From: the human T2T-CHM13v2.0 reference genome, Homo sapiens
Assembly (NCBI RefSeq): GCF_009914755.1
Contig: NC_060942.1
Reading direction: 5' to 3' (one strand)
Length of the DNA: 64,000 nucleotides
Below are positions 17,237 to 31,479 of this stretch, one piece after another. The translations under genes were made by a program, and so were the position numbers. The notes below the pieces were generated by a model. It was not told the origin of the DNA and ran no database searches. It saw only the letters and a list, made by a program, of their open reading frames with translations. Numbering within the stretch: the stretch's first letter is position 1; each line of letters begins with the position of its first letter.

Positions 17237-17792
17237 TGTAGGGGAGACAAAATTTTCCCTCTACCATCATAGGGTTTTTGGCTAGGTCTGAGAATTAAAC
17301 TGACATAAAACTGATTAACAGAAGAAAAGCATACAAATTTATTTAGTAAAAGGTTTGCATGACACAGGGGCAAAGGAAATGAAGACTCAACAAAGCAGTG
17401 AGAGTCAAACATTTAATACTGAGTTGGACAAAGGGTAGTAGATTGTAAAAACATGACAAGGCAAAGGGGCTTGGGGCAGGGTAATTAACTGGGTGGTGAA
17501 GTCACTGGGAAGATAAGGGTTAGTTAATTGAACAAGGTTTGTTTGCACGGATTTCTCTTGGCTTTGCCTTCCCATCCTTGATAACAATAACCTTACTTTC
17601 TTCCTGGTATAGGGATTTCCTCCTGGTGTAGGGAAAGCATCTTCCACATGAGAATTTTATCTCCTGCTCACAGGAAGAAAGAGGGGGGTCACAGTGACCC
17701 TCTTGCACCTGCTGCTTTTTCAAGTATCTTTAGCTCAAAATAATTCTTATGCCTAAGAGACATATTTTGGGGTGGTATGTCCTGAAGTCCTT
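17237..17792 (-). mobile_element. MER34/MER39-type ERV1 LTR
   Basis: 'tgtaggggag...gattaacagaagaaaagcatacaaattt...catattttggggtgg'. Confidence 0.8.
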
Positions 17793-17951
17793 TGGACCAG
17801 CAAAGGTAGGTATCTAAGTTCCAGACGTTCTCTCATTGCCTTCCCCATCAATTATTTACAGATTAAGAAAGAAACTCATATATTCACTGTTGTTCTCTTT
17901 GTTAACATTCCTTCCGGTCAGAAGCACAGCTGCTTATTTAAAAAGACCAGA

Positions 17952-18203
<252 letters not shown>

Positions 18204-19515
18204 TTACTGAAGTCAGAAGATCTGAATTCAAGATCCGACCTCTGGCCTGGGAAACAGTACATCTCTGCGCCTCCATATCCATCCATAGAGTGAAAATGAT
18301 ATGAACTCCCCTTGTTTTCCAGTACTCAAAAGGACTGATGCATGAGAAAAGGCCTGGTAAACATAGTGCTTCAGTATTTACCAATGTATCTTCCAGGGAG
18401 GAAAAGTAATAGTTTAAAATAGACCAGTAGAAAGAACAAGTCAAGACAGTTTTGTTGATAATCTGCTTGCAAAGTATACTAATTTCCAGTTTTGAGAACT
18501 GATCATCACAGAGAAGATAAGCAAAATGTGATATATCTGTCTGAGTCTAAGATCAACATTAGACCGATTCATTTTGATTTTGTCATATATAGGCAAATGG
18601 TAGTAACCTCCTTAGATGCTTCTGGATTTCCCACAGATCTTAAGAAAATAAGTTTACCAAAAATTGCATTGTTTTTGACAATGGGATTAATTTACTGCTT
18701 TCTCCACAATATTATAGTTTTAGATTTTTTTTAAATCACAGAAAATATCTCAAGAAAGAAAAAATGACTTTAAGAATTTTAAAACTCTGAGTAAATATGT
18801 ATTGAATAGTGCATAAATTTTTTCATGGCAATATCTATGGTTTGCTCAGTCTCACTTTACATTAAAGAATTGAAACCCATGCATTTTCTACTCACAGTCA
18901 CTAAAATCCTGTGGCTATTTTCAGATAAGCTTTTCCTGGCTTATTCACATTTCTGCACACAGAGTCATAAGGTAACGAACAAGTGTTATTCTTAATTGAA
19001 AAGTTGTCTCTCAAAACAGTATTGAATTCAATACTCTCAAAACAGTATTGAATTCAATTGCAATTAAGTATTTCTTGATGGGTAATGATCTTCTTTTTTA
19101 AGTTTCAGTGACCCTATTTGTTTCACTAAAGTAGGTTTTCCACTTGGAAGTATTTATCACTTTGGGTGGGGAAACTATTGTGGTAGTGTGTTTATTTTAC
19201 TGCAGGAAAACACATTTTTCACTTGGAAATTGTTAGCCTTTTTGCAGTAGTAAGCTAAATTTGGGAACACATGGTAAAAATAAAATAAGTTCATTGTGTG
19301 CAGCTGGCTAGGTTTATGCATGCTGTATAAGACTTAATCACTGTATATTTTAATGACCTTCCATATTTTGTCTACTGTAGGACCTTAGCACTACAGTGTT
19401 TAGCTAAAAGGACATATCCCATATATATATTTGTTGAATGAATATCAAAGCTGATCGGTCTCTGTTAAAAATATTGATATATTCTTTTTACTGGATGTAG
19501 AATTGCATAAACCAC

Positions 19516-20048
19516 TGTGGCAAATGGTGTTCAGGCTGCCCCCTCCCCCATTCACATCCTGCTGCCTGTCCTGCGGTTCTGTTTGGTTCTCAGGAAGATG
19601 AGTCCTCCGCGGTCCTAGGTGAGTGGGGCTTGAACCCTGGTAGTCATTCTGCTGGTGGAAAGGCTGTGATGCGGCTCCAGCCCATGAGACAGGAGGAGGA
19701 AGGAATCCATAGGGGACTGATTCTAAAACTAGGGCATGAGCAGGAATGTGCTCCTCATTGTCCATCCTGCCTCTGGATGTTTTCGTGTGAGCACATGATG
19801 TCTGAAGCTGCCGCAGTCAACTTGTGACCACAGGGAGGTGGAAGGAGGTGGCTCACATGCTCTGAGAGAGGCGGAGCAGAAAGAATGGGAAATCTTTTCC
19901 CTCGATAATGTCTTGAGCCTTTCACTTAATGACCCACAGACTCACCCTCCCTTCCAGACTGCTTGTTGTAGAAGAATTTCCCCCTGACCTTTCGAGCTGG
20001 GTGTTCTGTTATTTTCAAGCAGAAGTGTCATCGCTGATAACTGACACA
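19516..20048 (+). mobile_element. ERVL-class LTR (LTR16-like)
   Basis: 'tgtggcaaat' start, 'tgatgtctgaagctgccgcagtcaacttgtgacc' and 'aactgacaca' end. Confidence 0.6.
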
Positions 20049-22815
20049 GACCACAATTAGTTGACGGATTTTTGGAGTTGACTGCATGGTTTTTGGAGTT
20101 GACTGTCAGAATGCTCAGAGCCAAATTTAATGATAAATCATTACCTTATGCCAGTCCGAGTTCTAACAGAACATCAAACTGACATTAAGTATGTTCTTTT
20201 CTTCTTTCCAGAACCCAGTCTAGACAGACATACACCAGGAACCTTTACCATGCAGTAGAAGTAGAAATGGGTGTCTCTCTTCTGTAGCTTGCCAAGTATC
20301 CCCTCCAAACCTCGTCAGTCCTTCATGCAGGTAATTGGGCAACTCATGTGCTACTGACAGTCCCAGTCCTAGACAAGAGGAACTGCAGGCCTCTGTCCCC
20401 TGAGCGAGGCTTCCTGCTGGGTGCCGACTCCCCAGGCACACAGCTCACAGCACTAGTCCTGACATTTCGATTTATCTTTGTCTGTTTCCAATGGGAATCC
20501 TGGCTCACCTAGCATCTGGTGGACACACAGTTTTCACTCTGCAGTTTCACCTCCTTTATCTGGATTGGCTTTCTCTTCTGACCCTGCTTATTGGACCTAC
20601 CGATGTAGGTGAAGGAGTTTGGGTTTCATCTAAATGGAGTGAAAAGCCACTGGCGGTTTTCAACAGGAGACCCGGCCCAGAGGATCTGCTGATTTCCAGG
20701 GCTCTGCATTCCCCAGCCAGCTGCTTCCATCCTTTACCTGACGGGGGCCTCCACGCCTTGGAGGTTCTGAATCCCAGTGACAAGAAGGCCTGGGCAGTCA
20801 CACCAGGCTCAAATCAAACGTTCATGCTAAAGCACACCAGCAGTAGTAACCTGGGCAAAATTATGGAATGCCTTTCACTCACAGTCCCCATTTAGGCCAC
20901 ATGGGGATGAAAAGGAAGTGTAGGCAGAGGAAGGAAACCAAATCACAGAATTCTCAATAAAAAGTGAGTGGGAAAATTAGTTGAAAGGAAAAAACACACC
21001 AGCAGTAATCAAAAAAGACATGACTTCCTGATGAAGAGTACAGTTTAATTCATAAGCAAATCCTGGAGAAACTCCTGATCCCAGCTGGGTCATCCAGTTA
21101 GTAGCTGCCTCATTAATTTATCCCAATTGCGGAAACTGTATTCTGGGGTAGCTTTGTCTTTCTGCTGCTGTGTGTTTGTGTGTAAGTGACAATAGCCTTT
21201 GGGTGGAATTCATAAAACGATGAAGGAGAACTAGGGGGCTGGCTCTCTCTGCCTGAATCAGAGATGAGAGGGTTTTTTGCTGGTGTGAGGGAACCACCTG
21301 AATCCTGAGATGTCTCCCCATGGGCTACAGCACATATCCTGCCCGCCCTCTCGACGTTAAAGGAACAATAGTGTAGCACAGTTCACATTTTAAACCATTC
21401 TACTTGGCCATCTTAAATAACCCCAACTTGTTAGTTCATGAGAAACAAAACGGAATCTAAGATTTAAAAAAATATATCTCAGGATTCCTGGGCAAGATGG
21501 CCAAACAGGAACAGCTGCAATCTGCAGCTCCCAGCGAGATTAACGCAGAAGGCGGGTGATTTCTGCATTTCCAACTGAGGTACCCAGCTCATCTCATTGG
21601 GACTGGTTAGACAGTGGGTGCAGTTCACGGAGGGTGAGCAGAAGCAAGGTGGGCTGTCACCTCACCCGGGAAGTGCAGGGGTCAGGGAACTCCCTCCCCT
21701 AGCCAAGGGAAGCCATGAAGGACTGAGCCGGGAGAGACAGTGCATTCCGGCCCAGATACTGCACCTTTCCCACGGTCTTCGCAACCCGCAGACCAGGAGA
21801 TTCCCTCGGGTGCCCTGGGTTTCAAGCACAAAACTGGGTGGCCATTTGGGGAGACACCCAGCTAGTTGCAGGAGTTTTCTTTTTTTTTTTTTTTCATACA
21901 CCCGTGGCGCCTGGAATGTCAGCGTGACAGAACCGTTCACCCCCCTGAAAAGGGGGCTAAAGCCAGGGAGCCGAGTGGCCTTGCTCAGTGGATCCCACTC
22001 CCACAGAGCCCAACAAGCTAAGATCCACTGGCTTGAAATTCTCACTGCCAGCACAGCCGTCTGAAGTCGACCTGGGACATTCTAGCTTGGTGGGGGAAGG
22101 GGCGTCCACCATTACTGAGGCTTGAGTAGGCAGTTTTCCCCTCACAGTGTAAACAAAGCCTCCTGGAAGTTCAGGTTGGGCAGAGCCGACCGCAGGGCCA
22201 CAAAGCCACTGTAGCCAGACTGCCTCTCTAGATTCCTCCTCTCTGGGCAGGGCATCACTGAAATAAAGGCAGCAGCTCCAGTCAGGGGCTTATAGGTAAA
22301 AGTCCCATCTCGCTGGGACAGAGCACTTGGGGGAAGGGGTGGTGTGGGCTCAGCTTCAGCAGACCTAAACGTTCCCGCCTGCTGGCTCTGAAGACAGCAG
22401 TAGATCTTCCAGCACAGTGCCTGAGCTCTGCTAAGGGACAGACTGCCTCCTCAAGTAGGTCCCTGACACGTGTGCCTCCTGATGGGGAGACACCTCCCAG
22501 CAGGGGTTGACAGACACCTCATACAGGAGCACTCCGGCTAGCATCTGGCAGGTGCCCCTCTGTGACAAAGCTTCCAGAGGAAGTAGCAGGCAGCAATCTT
22601 TGCTGTTCTGCAGCCTCTACTGGTGATACCCAGGCAAACAGGGTCTGGAGTGGACCACCTGCAAACTCCAGCAGACCTGCAGAAGAGGGGTCTGTTAGAA
22701 GGTAAACTAACAAACAGGAAGCAATAGCATCAACATCAACAAAAAGGATTACCACTCAAAAACTCCATCCAAAAGTCACCAACATCAAAGACCAAAGGCA
22801 GACAAATCCACAAAG

Positions 22816-23841
22816 ATGAGGAGAAACAAGCGGAAAAAAGGCTGAAAATTCCAAAAAGCAGAACACCTCTTCTCCTCCAAACGATCACCGTTCCTTGCCA
22901 GCAAGGGAACAAAACTGGATGGAGAATGAGTTTGACAAAGTGACAGAAGTAGGCTTCAGAAGGTGGGTAATAACAAACTTCTCCAAGCTAAAGGAGCATG
23001 TTCTAACCCAATTCAAGGAAGCTAAGAACTTTGATAAAAGGTTACGGGAAATGCTAACTAGAATAACTAGTTTAAAGAAGAACATAAATGACCTGATGGG
23101 GCTGAAAAACACAGCACGAGAACTTTGCGAAGCATATACAAGTATCAATAGCCAAATTGATCAAGCGGAAGAAAGGATATCAGAGATTGAAAATCAACTT
23201 AATGAAATAAAGTGTGAAGACAAGATTAGAGAAAAAAGAATGAAAAGGAACGAACAAAGCCTCCAAGAAATATGGGACTATGTGAAGAGACCAAACCTAT
23301 GTTTGATTGGTGTACCTGAAAGTCATGGGGAGAATGGAATCAAGTTGGAAAACACTCTTCAGGATATTACCCAGGAGAACTTCCCCAACCTAGCAAGACA
23401 GGCCAGCATTCCAATTCAGGAAATACAGAGAACACCACAAAGATACTCCTTGAGAAGAACAACCCCAAGACACACAATCATCAGATTTACCAAGGTTAAA
23501 ATGAAGGAAAAATTGTTAAGGGCAGCCAGAGAGAAAGGTTGGGTTACCCACAAAGGGAAGCCCATCAGACTAACAGTGGATTCTCTGCAGAAACCCTACA
23601 AGCCAGAAGAGAATGGGGACCAACATCCAACATTGTTAAAGAAAAGAATTTTCAACTCAGAATTTCATATCCAGCCAAACTAAGCTTCATAACTGAAGGA
23701 AAAATAAAACCCTTTACAGACAAGTAAATGCTGAGGGATTTTGTCACCACCAGGCCTGCCATACAAGAACTCCTGAAGGAAGCACTAAATATGGAAAGGA
23801 GAAACTGGTACCAGCCACTGCAAAAACATACCAAAAAGTAA
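22816..23841 (+). pseudogene. L1 ORF1p, frameshifted
   Basis: ORF 22895-23683 'EQSLQEIWDYVKRPNL' continues in another frame as 'RISYPAKLSF'. Confidence 0.93.
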
Positions 23842-26800
23842 AGACCATCGACACTATGAAAAAACTGCATCAACTGATGGGTAAAATAACCAGCTAGCAT
23901 CATAATGACAGGATCAAATTCACACATAACAATATTAGCCTTAAATGTAAATGGGCAAATGCCCCAGTTAAAAGACACAGACTGGCAAATAGGATAAAGA
24001 GTCAAGACCTATTGGTGTGCTGTATTCAGGAGACCCATCTCAAGTGCAAAGACACACATAGGCTCAAAATAAAGAGATGGAGGAAGATTTACCAATCAAA
24101 TGGAAAGCAAAAAAAGGCAGGGGTTGCAATCTTAGTCTCTGATAAAACCAACTTTAAACCAACAAAGATCAAAAAATAACAAAGAAGGGCATTACATAAT
24201 GATAAAAGGATCAATGCAACAAGAAGAGCTAACTATCCTAAATATATATGCCCCCAATACAGGAACACCCAGATTCATAAAGCAAGCTCTTAGAGACCTA
24301 CAAAGAGACTTAGACTCCCACACAATAACAGTGGGAGACTTTAACACCCCACTGTCGATATTAGATCAACGAGACAGAAAATTAACAAGGATATTCAGGA
24401 CTTGAGCTCAGCTCTGGACCAAACAGACCTAATAGGCATCTACAGAACTCTCCACCCCAAATCAACAGAATATACATTCTTCTCAGCACCTCATTGCACC
24501 TATTCTAAAACTGACCACATAATTGGAAGTGAAACACTCCTCAGCAAATGCAAAAGAATGGAAATCATAAGAAGCAGTCTCTCAGACCACAGTGCAATCA
24601 AATTAGAACTCAGGATTAAGAAACTCAGTCAAAACTGCACAACTACATGGAAACTGAATAACCTGCTCCTGAATGACTACTGGGTAAATAATGAAATTAA
24701 GGCAGAAATAAATAAGTTCTTTGAAACCAATGAGAACAAAGACATAACGTACCAGAATCTCTGGGACACGGCTAAAGCAGTGTTTGGAGGGAAATTTATC
24801 TCACTAAATGCCCACAGGAGAAAGCAGGAAAGATCTAAAATCGACACCCTAACATCACAATTAAAAGAACTAGAGAAGCAAGAGCAAACACATTCAAAAA
24901 CTAGCAGAAGACAAGAAATAACTAAGATCAGAGCAGAACTGAAGGAGATAGAGACACAAAAACCCCTTCAAAAAAAATCAATGAATCCAGGAGCTGGTTT
25001 TTTGGAAAGATTAACAAAATAGATAGACTGCTAACCAGACCAATAAAGAAGAAAAGAGAGAAGAATCAAATAGATGAAATAAAAAATGATAAAGGGGAGA
25101 TCACCACTGATCCCACAGAAATACAAACTATCATCAGAGAATACTATAAACACCTCTACAAAAATCTAGAAGAAATGGACACATTCCTGGACACATACAC
25201 CCTCCCAATTGAGGGTGGGTGTTCCTCAATACACAATTGAGGAACATTGATGCGAAAATCCTCAATAAAATACTGGCAAACCAAATCCAGCAGCACAGTA
25301 AAAAGCTTATCCACCGTGATCAAGTTGACTTCATCCCTGAAATACAAGGCTGGTTCAACATACGCAAATCAATAAATGTAATCCATCACATAAACAGAAT
25401 CAATGACAAAAACCACGTGATTATCTCAATAGATGCAGAAAAGGCCTTCGACAAAATTCAACACCCCTTCATTCTAAAAACTTTCAATAAACCAAGTATT
25501 GATGGAGCGTATCTCAAAATTATAAGAGCTATTTATGACAAACCCACAGACAATATCATACTGAATGGGCAAAAACTGGAAGCATTCCCTTTGAAAACCA
25601 GCCCAAGACAAGGATGCCCCCTCTCACCACTCCTATTCAACATAGAATTGGAAGGGCAATCAGGCAAGATAAGAAATAAAGTGTGTTCAAATAGGAAGAG
25701 AGGAAGTCAAATTATCCCTGTTTGTAGATGACATGATTGTATATTTAGAAAACCCCATCATCTCAGCCCCAAAACGTAAGCTGACAAGCACCTTCAGCAA
25801 AGTCTCAGGATACAAAATCAATGTGCAAAAATCACAAGCATTCCTATACACAAATACACAGAGAGCCAAATCATGAGTGAACTCCCATTCACAATTGCTA
25901 TGAAGAGAATAAAATACCTAGGAATCCAGCTTACAAGGGATGTGAAGGACCTCTTCAAGGAGAACTACAAACCACTGCTTAAAGAAATAAGAGAGGACAC
26001 AAGCAAATGGAAAAACATTCCATGTTCATGGATAGGAAGAATCAATATCATGAAAATGGTCATACTGCCCAAAGTAATTTTTAGATTAAATGCTATTCCC
26101 ATAAAGCTACCATTGACTTTCTTCACAGAATTAGAAAAAACTACTTTAAATTTCATATGGAACCAAAAAAGAGCCCGTATAGCCAAGACAATCCTAAGCA
26201 AAAATATAGAAGCTGGAGGCATCATGCTACCTGACTTCAAACTATACTACAAGGCTATAGTATCCAAAACAGCTTGGTACTGGTACCAAAACAGATATAT
26301 AGACCAATGGAACAGAACAGAGGGCTCAGAAATAACACCACACATCTACAACCATCTGATCTTTGACAAACCTGACAAAAACAAGCAATGGGGAAAGGAT
26401 TCCCTATTTAATAAATGGTGTTGGGAAAACTGGCTAGCCATATGCAGAAAACTAAAACTGGACCCCTTCCTTACACCTTATACAAAAATTAAGTCAAGAT
26501 GAATTAAAGATTTAAATGTAAGACATAAAACCATAAAAACCCTAGAAGAAAACCTGGGCAATACCATTCAGGATATAGGCATGGACAAAGACTTCATTAC
26601 TAAAACACCAAAAGCAATGGCAACAAAAGCCAAAAATGAAAAATGGGATCTAACTAAACTAAAGAGCTTCTGCACAGCAAAAGAAACTATCATCAGGGTG
26701 AACAGGCAACCTACAGAATGGGAGAAAATGTTTGCAATCTATCCTTCTGACAAAGGGCTAATATCCAGAATCTACAAGGAACTTAAACAAATTTACAAGA

Positions 26801-26960
26801 AAAAAACAACCCCATCAAAAGGTGGGCAAAGGATATGAACAGACACTTTTCAAAGGAAGACTTTCATCATCACTGGTCATTAGAGAAATGCAAATCAAAA
26901 CCACAGTGAGATACCATCTCACGTCAGTTAGAATGTCAATCATTAAAAAGTCAGGATACA

Positions 26961-27197
26961 GGCCGGGCACTGGAGCCCAGGAGTTCAAGACCAGCGTGGG
27001 AAACACAGGGAGACCCTGTCTCTATTAAAAGTTACCTAAGTGTGGTGGCTTAGCTAATCTGTAGTCCAAGCTACTTGGAAGGCTGAGGCAAAAGGATGGA
27101 TTGAGCTCAGGAGGTCGAGGTGGTCAAGGCTGCAGTGAGCTGTGATCATGCCACTGCACTCCAGCCTGGTGACAGAGTGAGATCCTGTCACAAAAAA
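26961..27197 (+). mobile_element. Diverged AluJ-like element with a left-arm deletion, inside the L1
   Basis: 'gagcccaggagttcaagaccagc', 'ggctgcagtgagctgtgatcatg'. Confidence 0.85.
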
Positions 27198-27199
27198 GC

Positions 27200-27520
<321 letters not shown>

Positions 27521-29557
27521 TCAAGGATCTAGAACTAGAAATACTATTTGACCCAGCAATCCCATTACTGAGTATATACCCAAAGGATTATAAATCATTC
27601 CACTATAAAGACACATGCACACGTATTTTTACTGCAGCACTATTCACAATAGCAAAGTCTTGGAACCAGTGCAAATGCCCATCAAGGATAGACTGGATAA
27701 AGAAAATGTGGCACATATACACCATGGAATACTATGCAGCCATAAAAAAGAATGAGTTCATGTCCTTTGCAGGGACATAGATGAAGCTGGAAACCATCAT
27801 TCTCAGCAAACTAACACAGGAACAGAAAACCAAACACTGCATGTTCTCACTCATAAGCGGGAGTTGAACAATGAGAACATATGGGCACAGGGAGGGGAAC
27901 ATCACACACTGGGGCCTGTCGGGGGGTGGAGGGCAAAGGGAGGCATAGCATTAGGAGAAATACCTAATGTAGATGATGGGTTAATGGGTGAGACAAACCA
28001 CCATGGCACATGTATACCTATGTAAGAAACCTGCATAGTCTGCACATGTATCCCAGAACTTAAGTATAATTAAAAAAAAAGAAGAAAAAAAATCTCTTTG
28101 AAGGGCATGTTCAGTAAATAAATGAAGGTATTTGGCAACGTACAACTCCTATTTGAATATTTATAGCCATGCTAGCCATTTTCAACAACTACTCTTTCAT
28201 TAGAATAAACAAGAAATTATTGTTTATTCACCATTGCTTTACCAATTGCTTAAACAACAAGCGCATCATTTGCTCAGTGGTAAGATTGTACAAGGAGGAA
28301 AAAGTGACACAGCGTGCTGCATACTTTTCAGAGGCGTGCCTTTGTTGTTGAAATGTTGCTAGGGCGTGGCAGGACCCACAGTTGGAGTGAAAGCAAAGGC
28401 TTAGAAAAACTCAAGTATCCGAGGGCACCCCATTCACCGACAATGGAAAAACTCACAAATTAGTGTGATGCTTACGCTGATATTCAGACTGGAGCCAGGC
28501 ACAAACAACAAAAAATAGTCGTATTAAAAGTTTCAGGGTAATTCTTTCTGAAAGGTCTTTTTTTCTCTATTTAACAATGATACATTGCTTTATACAGATT
28601 TGCAGAGCACTACAATACAAAACAAAACATTGGCGGGGCTTAAAGGAGCATGGAATTCCAAATAATGCAATTACTTGAATTTGTAGAAAGACTGATAATT
28701 AGCAGTGAACAGCAACAAACGACATCGTTCGCTATTTGGACAAGCAGGAAAATGTAATGGAATCTGGCTCATGATTGTAAGAGGAACTGCCCTATTTACC
28801 TTTCCCATAGCCAGAAACAAAAGATCCACACACGATTTAAAACTGTGGTTACAAATAAAATAGTTGATGCTTTAGTTGTTTGTTTACTCAAAACTATTTT
28901 TTCTCAAAATTTAACTACAAGGGTACATAAGGCCATGATCTACAACATAATATTCCCTCCCCTTTACCCTAGCAAAGAATTTAAAAAAAAAAAAGAAAGA
29001 AAGAAAGGAAAAAGAAAAGACTATCGCATGAATTTCTGACAACGTTTTGAGGGAAAAAAGTGACTTTTTTTCAGTAGCAATGGAATGTTTTTTTAGTGGG
29101 TGGAAACAGTAACAGCAGACACTTCGAAACATAATACTACTCTTTTATTTAATGGAAAAAATACTTTCAAACATATTGCAGTTTATAAAAATATCTGTGT
29201 ACAGAAAAGTGAAATGTATTACTAGTTTTCAGAATTATAAAAATCGGACAAAAACTCAAGAAAATTTACTTACATGAACAATAGAAGATTTGTTTTGAGA
29301 TCTAATATAAATAAATATTTTTAAATAGTCATTGTGTTAAGGTGGTTAGGTAATTAGTGCTTTGCTTTTACAAACAAATTCTGTAATGTATGTGTGTGTA
29401 TGAAAAAGAAACAATATAGATCAGTATTTTTTCATATGGCTATTTTAAGTATGGGGGTACATTTAAGACAATATCATTTATTTAACTTAAAGCCATATTG
29501 CACCATATGTAGTCCTACTTGTTTGGATTCACAGGTAAAGTATTGATATAATTATCA

Positions 29558-29885
<328 letters not shown>

Positions 29886-30270
29886 CTGAGACATTTTTGT
29901 ACCAAAAATGCATTAAATGAAAAACAATCCAAGCTGACCATTTTCTTTGTGCACCACCCATGTTCCCACAACCTCATACAGGAAGACTTCTGTAGAATTC
30001 CTATCATTTGGCCATTCAGTCTTCGCTATCATTTTAATTCCAATATTCTGCTGAGAGAGGAACACAGAAATAGACAGTAGCCAGTGATTCCAAGTCTAGC
30101 TGAGCATCAGAATTACACCGGGAGCTGTTTGTGAGAAACATTATAAAGTTATATACGGTCATTCAGGGGAAGAGTAGAGAATTGTAAAAATTAAAAATTA
30201 GAAGTTCTTTGTTTCTTTCTTTTACCCCACAACCATTTCCTAGAGTTAAATCCTGTTAACAATTGAATGT

Positions 30271-30580
30271 ACAGTTATGCATTACATAACCACATTTTGG
30301 TGAGCAATGGATGTAGTACAGGGTGTCCCATAAGATTATAATGGGGCTGAAAAATTCCTGTAGCCTAATGATGTCATAGCTGTCCTAATGTCATAGTGCA
30401 ATGCATTAATCATGTTTGTGGTGACGCTGGTGTAAACCTACTGTGCTGCCGGTTGTACAAAAGCATAACATGTACAATTATGAATAGTACATAATACTTG
30501 ATAATGACAATAAAGGACCATTACTTGTTTATGTATTTACTATACTTTTTTTTTATTATTGTTTTAGAGTGTACTCCTTC
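30271..30580. mobile_element. Tigger3/MER7 fragment
   Basis: 'ta|cagttatgc' end; 'cccataagattataatggggctgaaaaattcct'. Confidence 0.8.
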
Positions 30581-30797
30581 GGATAGGGACAGGCAGCAGA
30601 GAAATTCTAGGCAGAAAAAGGTGAGTCCCTGGCAAAGTCCCATACTCAAGCCAAAAAGCCTAAGACCACAGCCCAAGGTAAAAACTTACATCCCTGTTTC
30701 TGCTCAAATGTTGCCTTTTCCTAAACTACCCGTGGCCCACCCCGCCTCCCACCCCACACTCAACCGACAGAGAGAGGAGAAGCAGCTGGACATCGGA
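30581..30797 (+). mobile_element. 5' part of an ERV1 LTR (LTR27/LTR28-like)
   Basis: 'gatagggacagg..agagaaattctaggcagaaaa'. Confidence 0.7.
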
Positions 30798-30978
30798 CTG
30801 GGCCCCTTTGGATTGGTTGCTGTTATTCTCCTCCTGTTTTGGAAACACCCATTTCTAAGTTCAGTTTGATTACCTGGCACTTGGCACAAGTGACCCATTC
30901 TGGTTTGGTCTGGTCCGTCGGGGTCTACTGCAGGAGCTCAGTCTAAAACAATAGCCTCCCATAAACTTTATTTCACAA
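30798..30978 (-). mobile_element. 5' part of a different ERV1 LTR
   Basis: Reverse start 'tgtgaaataaagtttatgggaggctattgttttagactgagctcctgca'. Confidence 0.65.
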
Positions 30979-31479
30979 AGCATATAGGAGGCATGTGGAA
31001 CTGGAATGCACGCACACTATTTTAAATTATGTGAATCATATTATGCATATACTGTTCTGCAACTTTTTTTGGAACATTTGTTTTCTCACTTAATCTGTGG
31101 CAAAGACTTGGTGGTTTATTCATTGAATACACTGAACCAGAGGGGCTCTGGACAAGAGATTTCTGGCATAGCCAAAAGCTTATCAGGCAGGTTCTTGGCA
31201 GGAAACAGATGGCACACTTTTCTTAAACTGCAACGAGGGAGAAAACTGGAAGTCTTCATCATGGCAAGTGTGTCCCAGTTTCACTCCCAAACACACAGAC
31301 AGCCACGTATTCATTCCTTTCTAAGGAAACTGACCACCCAAGAAAGAAAAAGCAAATGTAAAGATAGACCTTGTCACAATATCCCCACATGATACTCACA
31401 ATACAAAAAAAACGCTGCCTGAACACACACAGCTTCCAAATTAGTCTTTCAGAGCCTCATTTTAAAATAGAAACAGACC

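Noticed and set aside
20491-20895. 134-aa ATG-initiated ORF in unique DNA
   Set aside because: No recognisable domain, weak start context and no promoter evidence; cannot be supported without conservation or ribosome data
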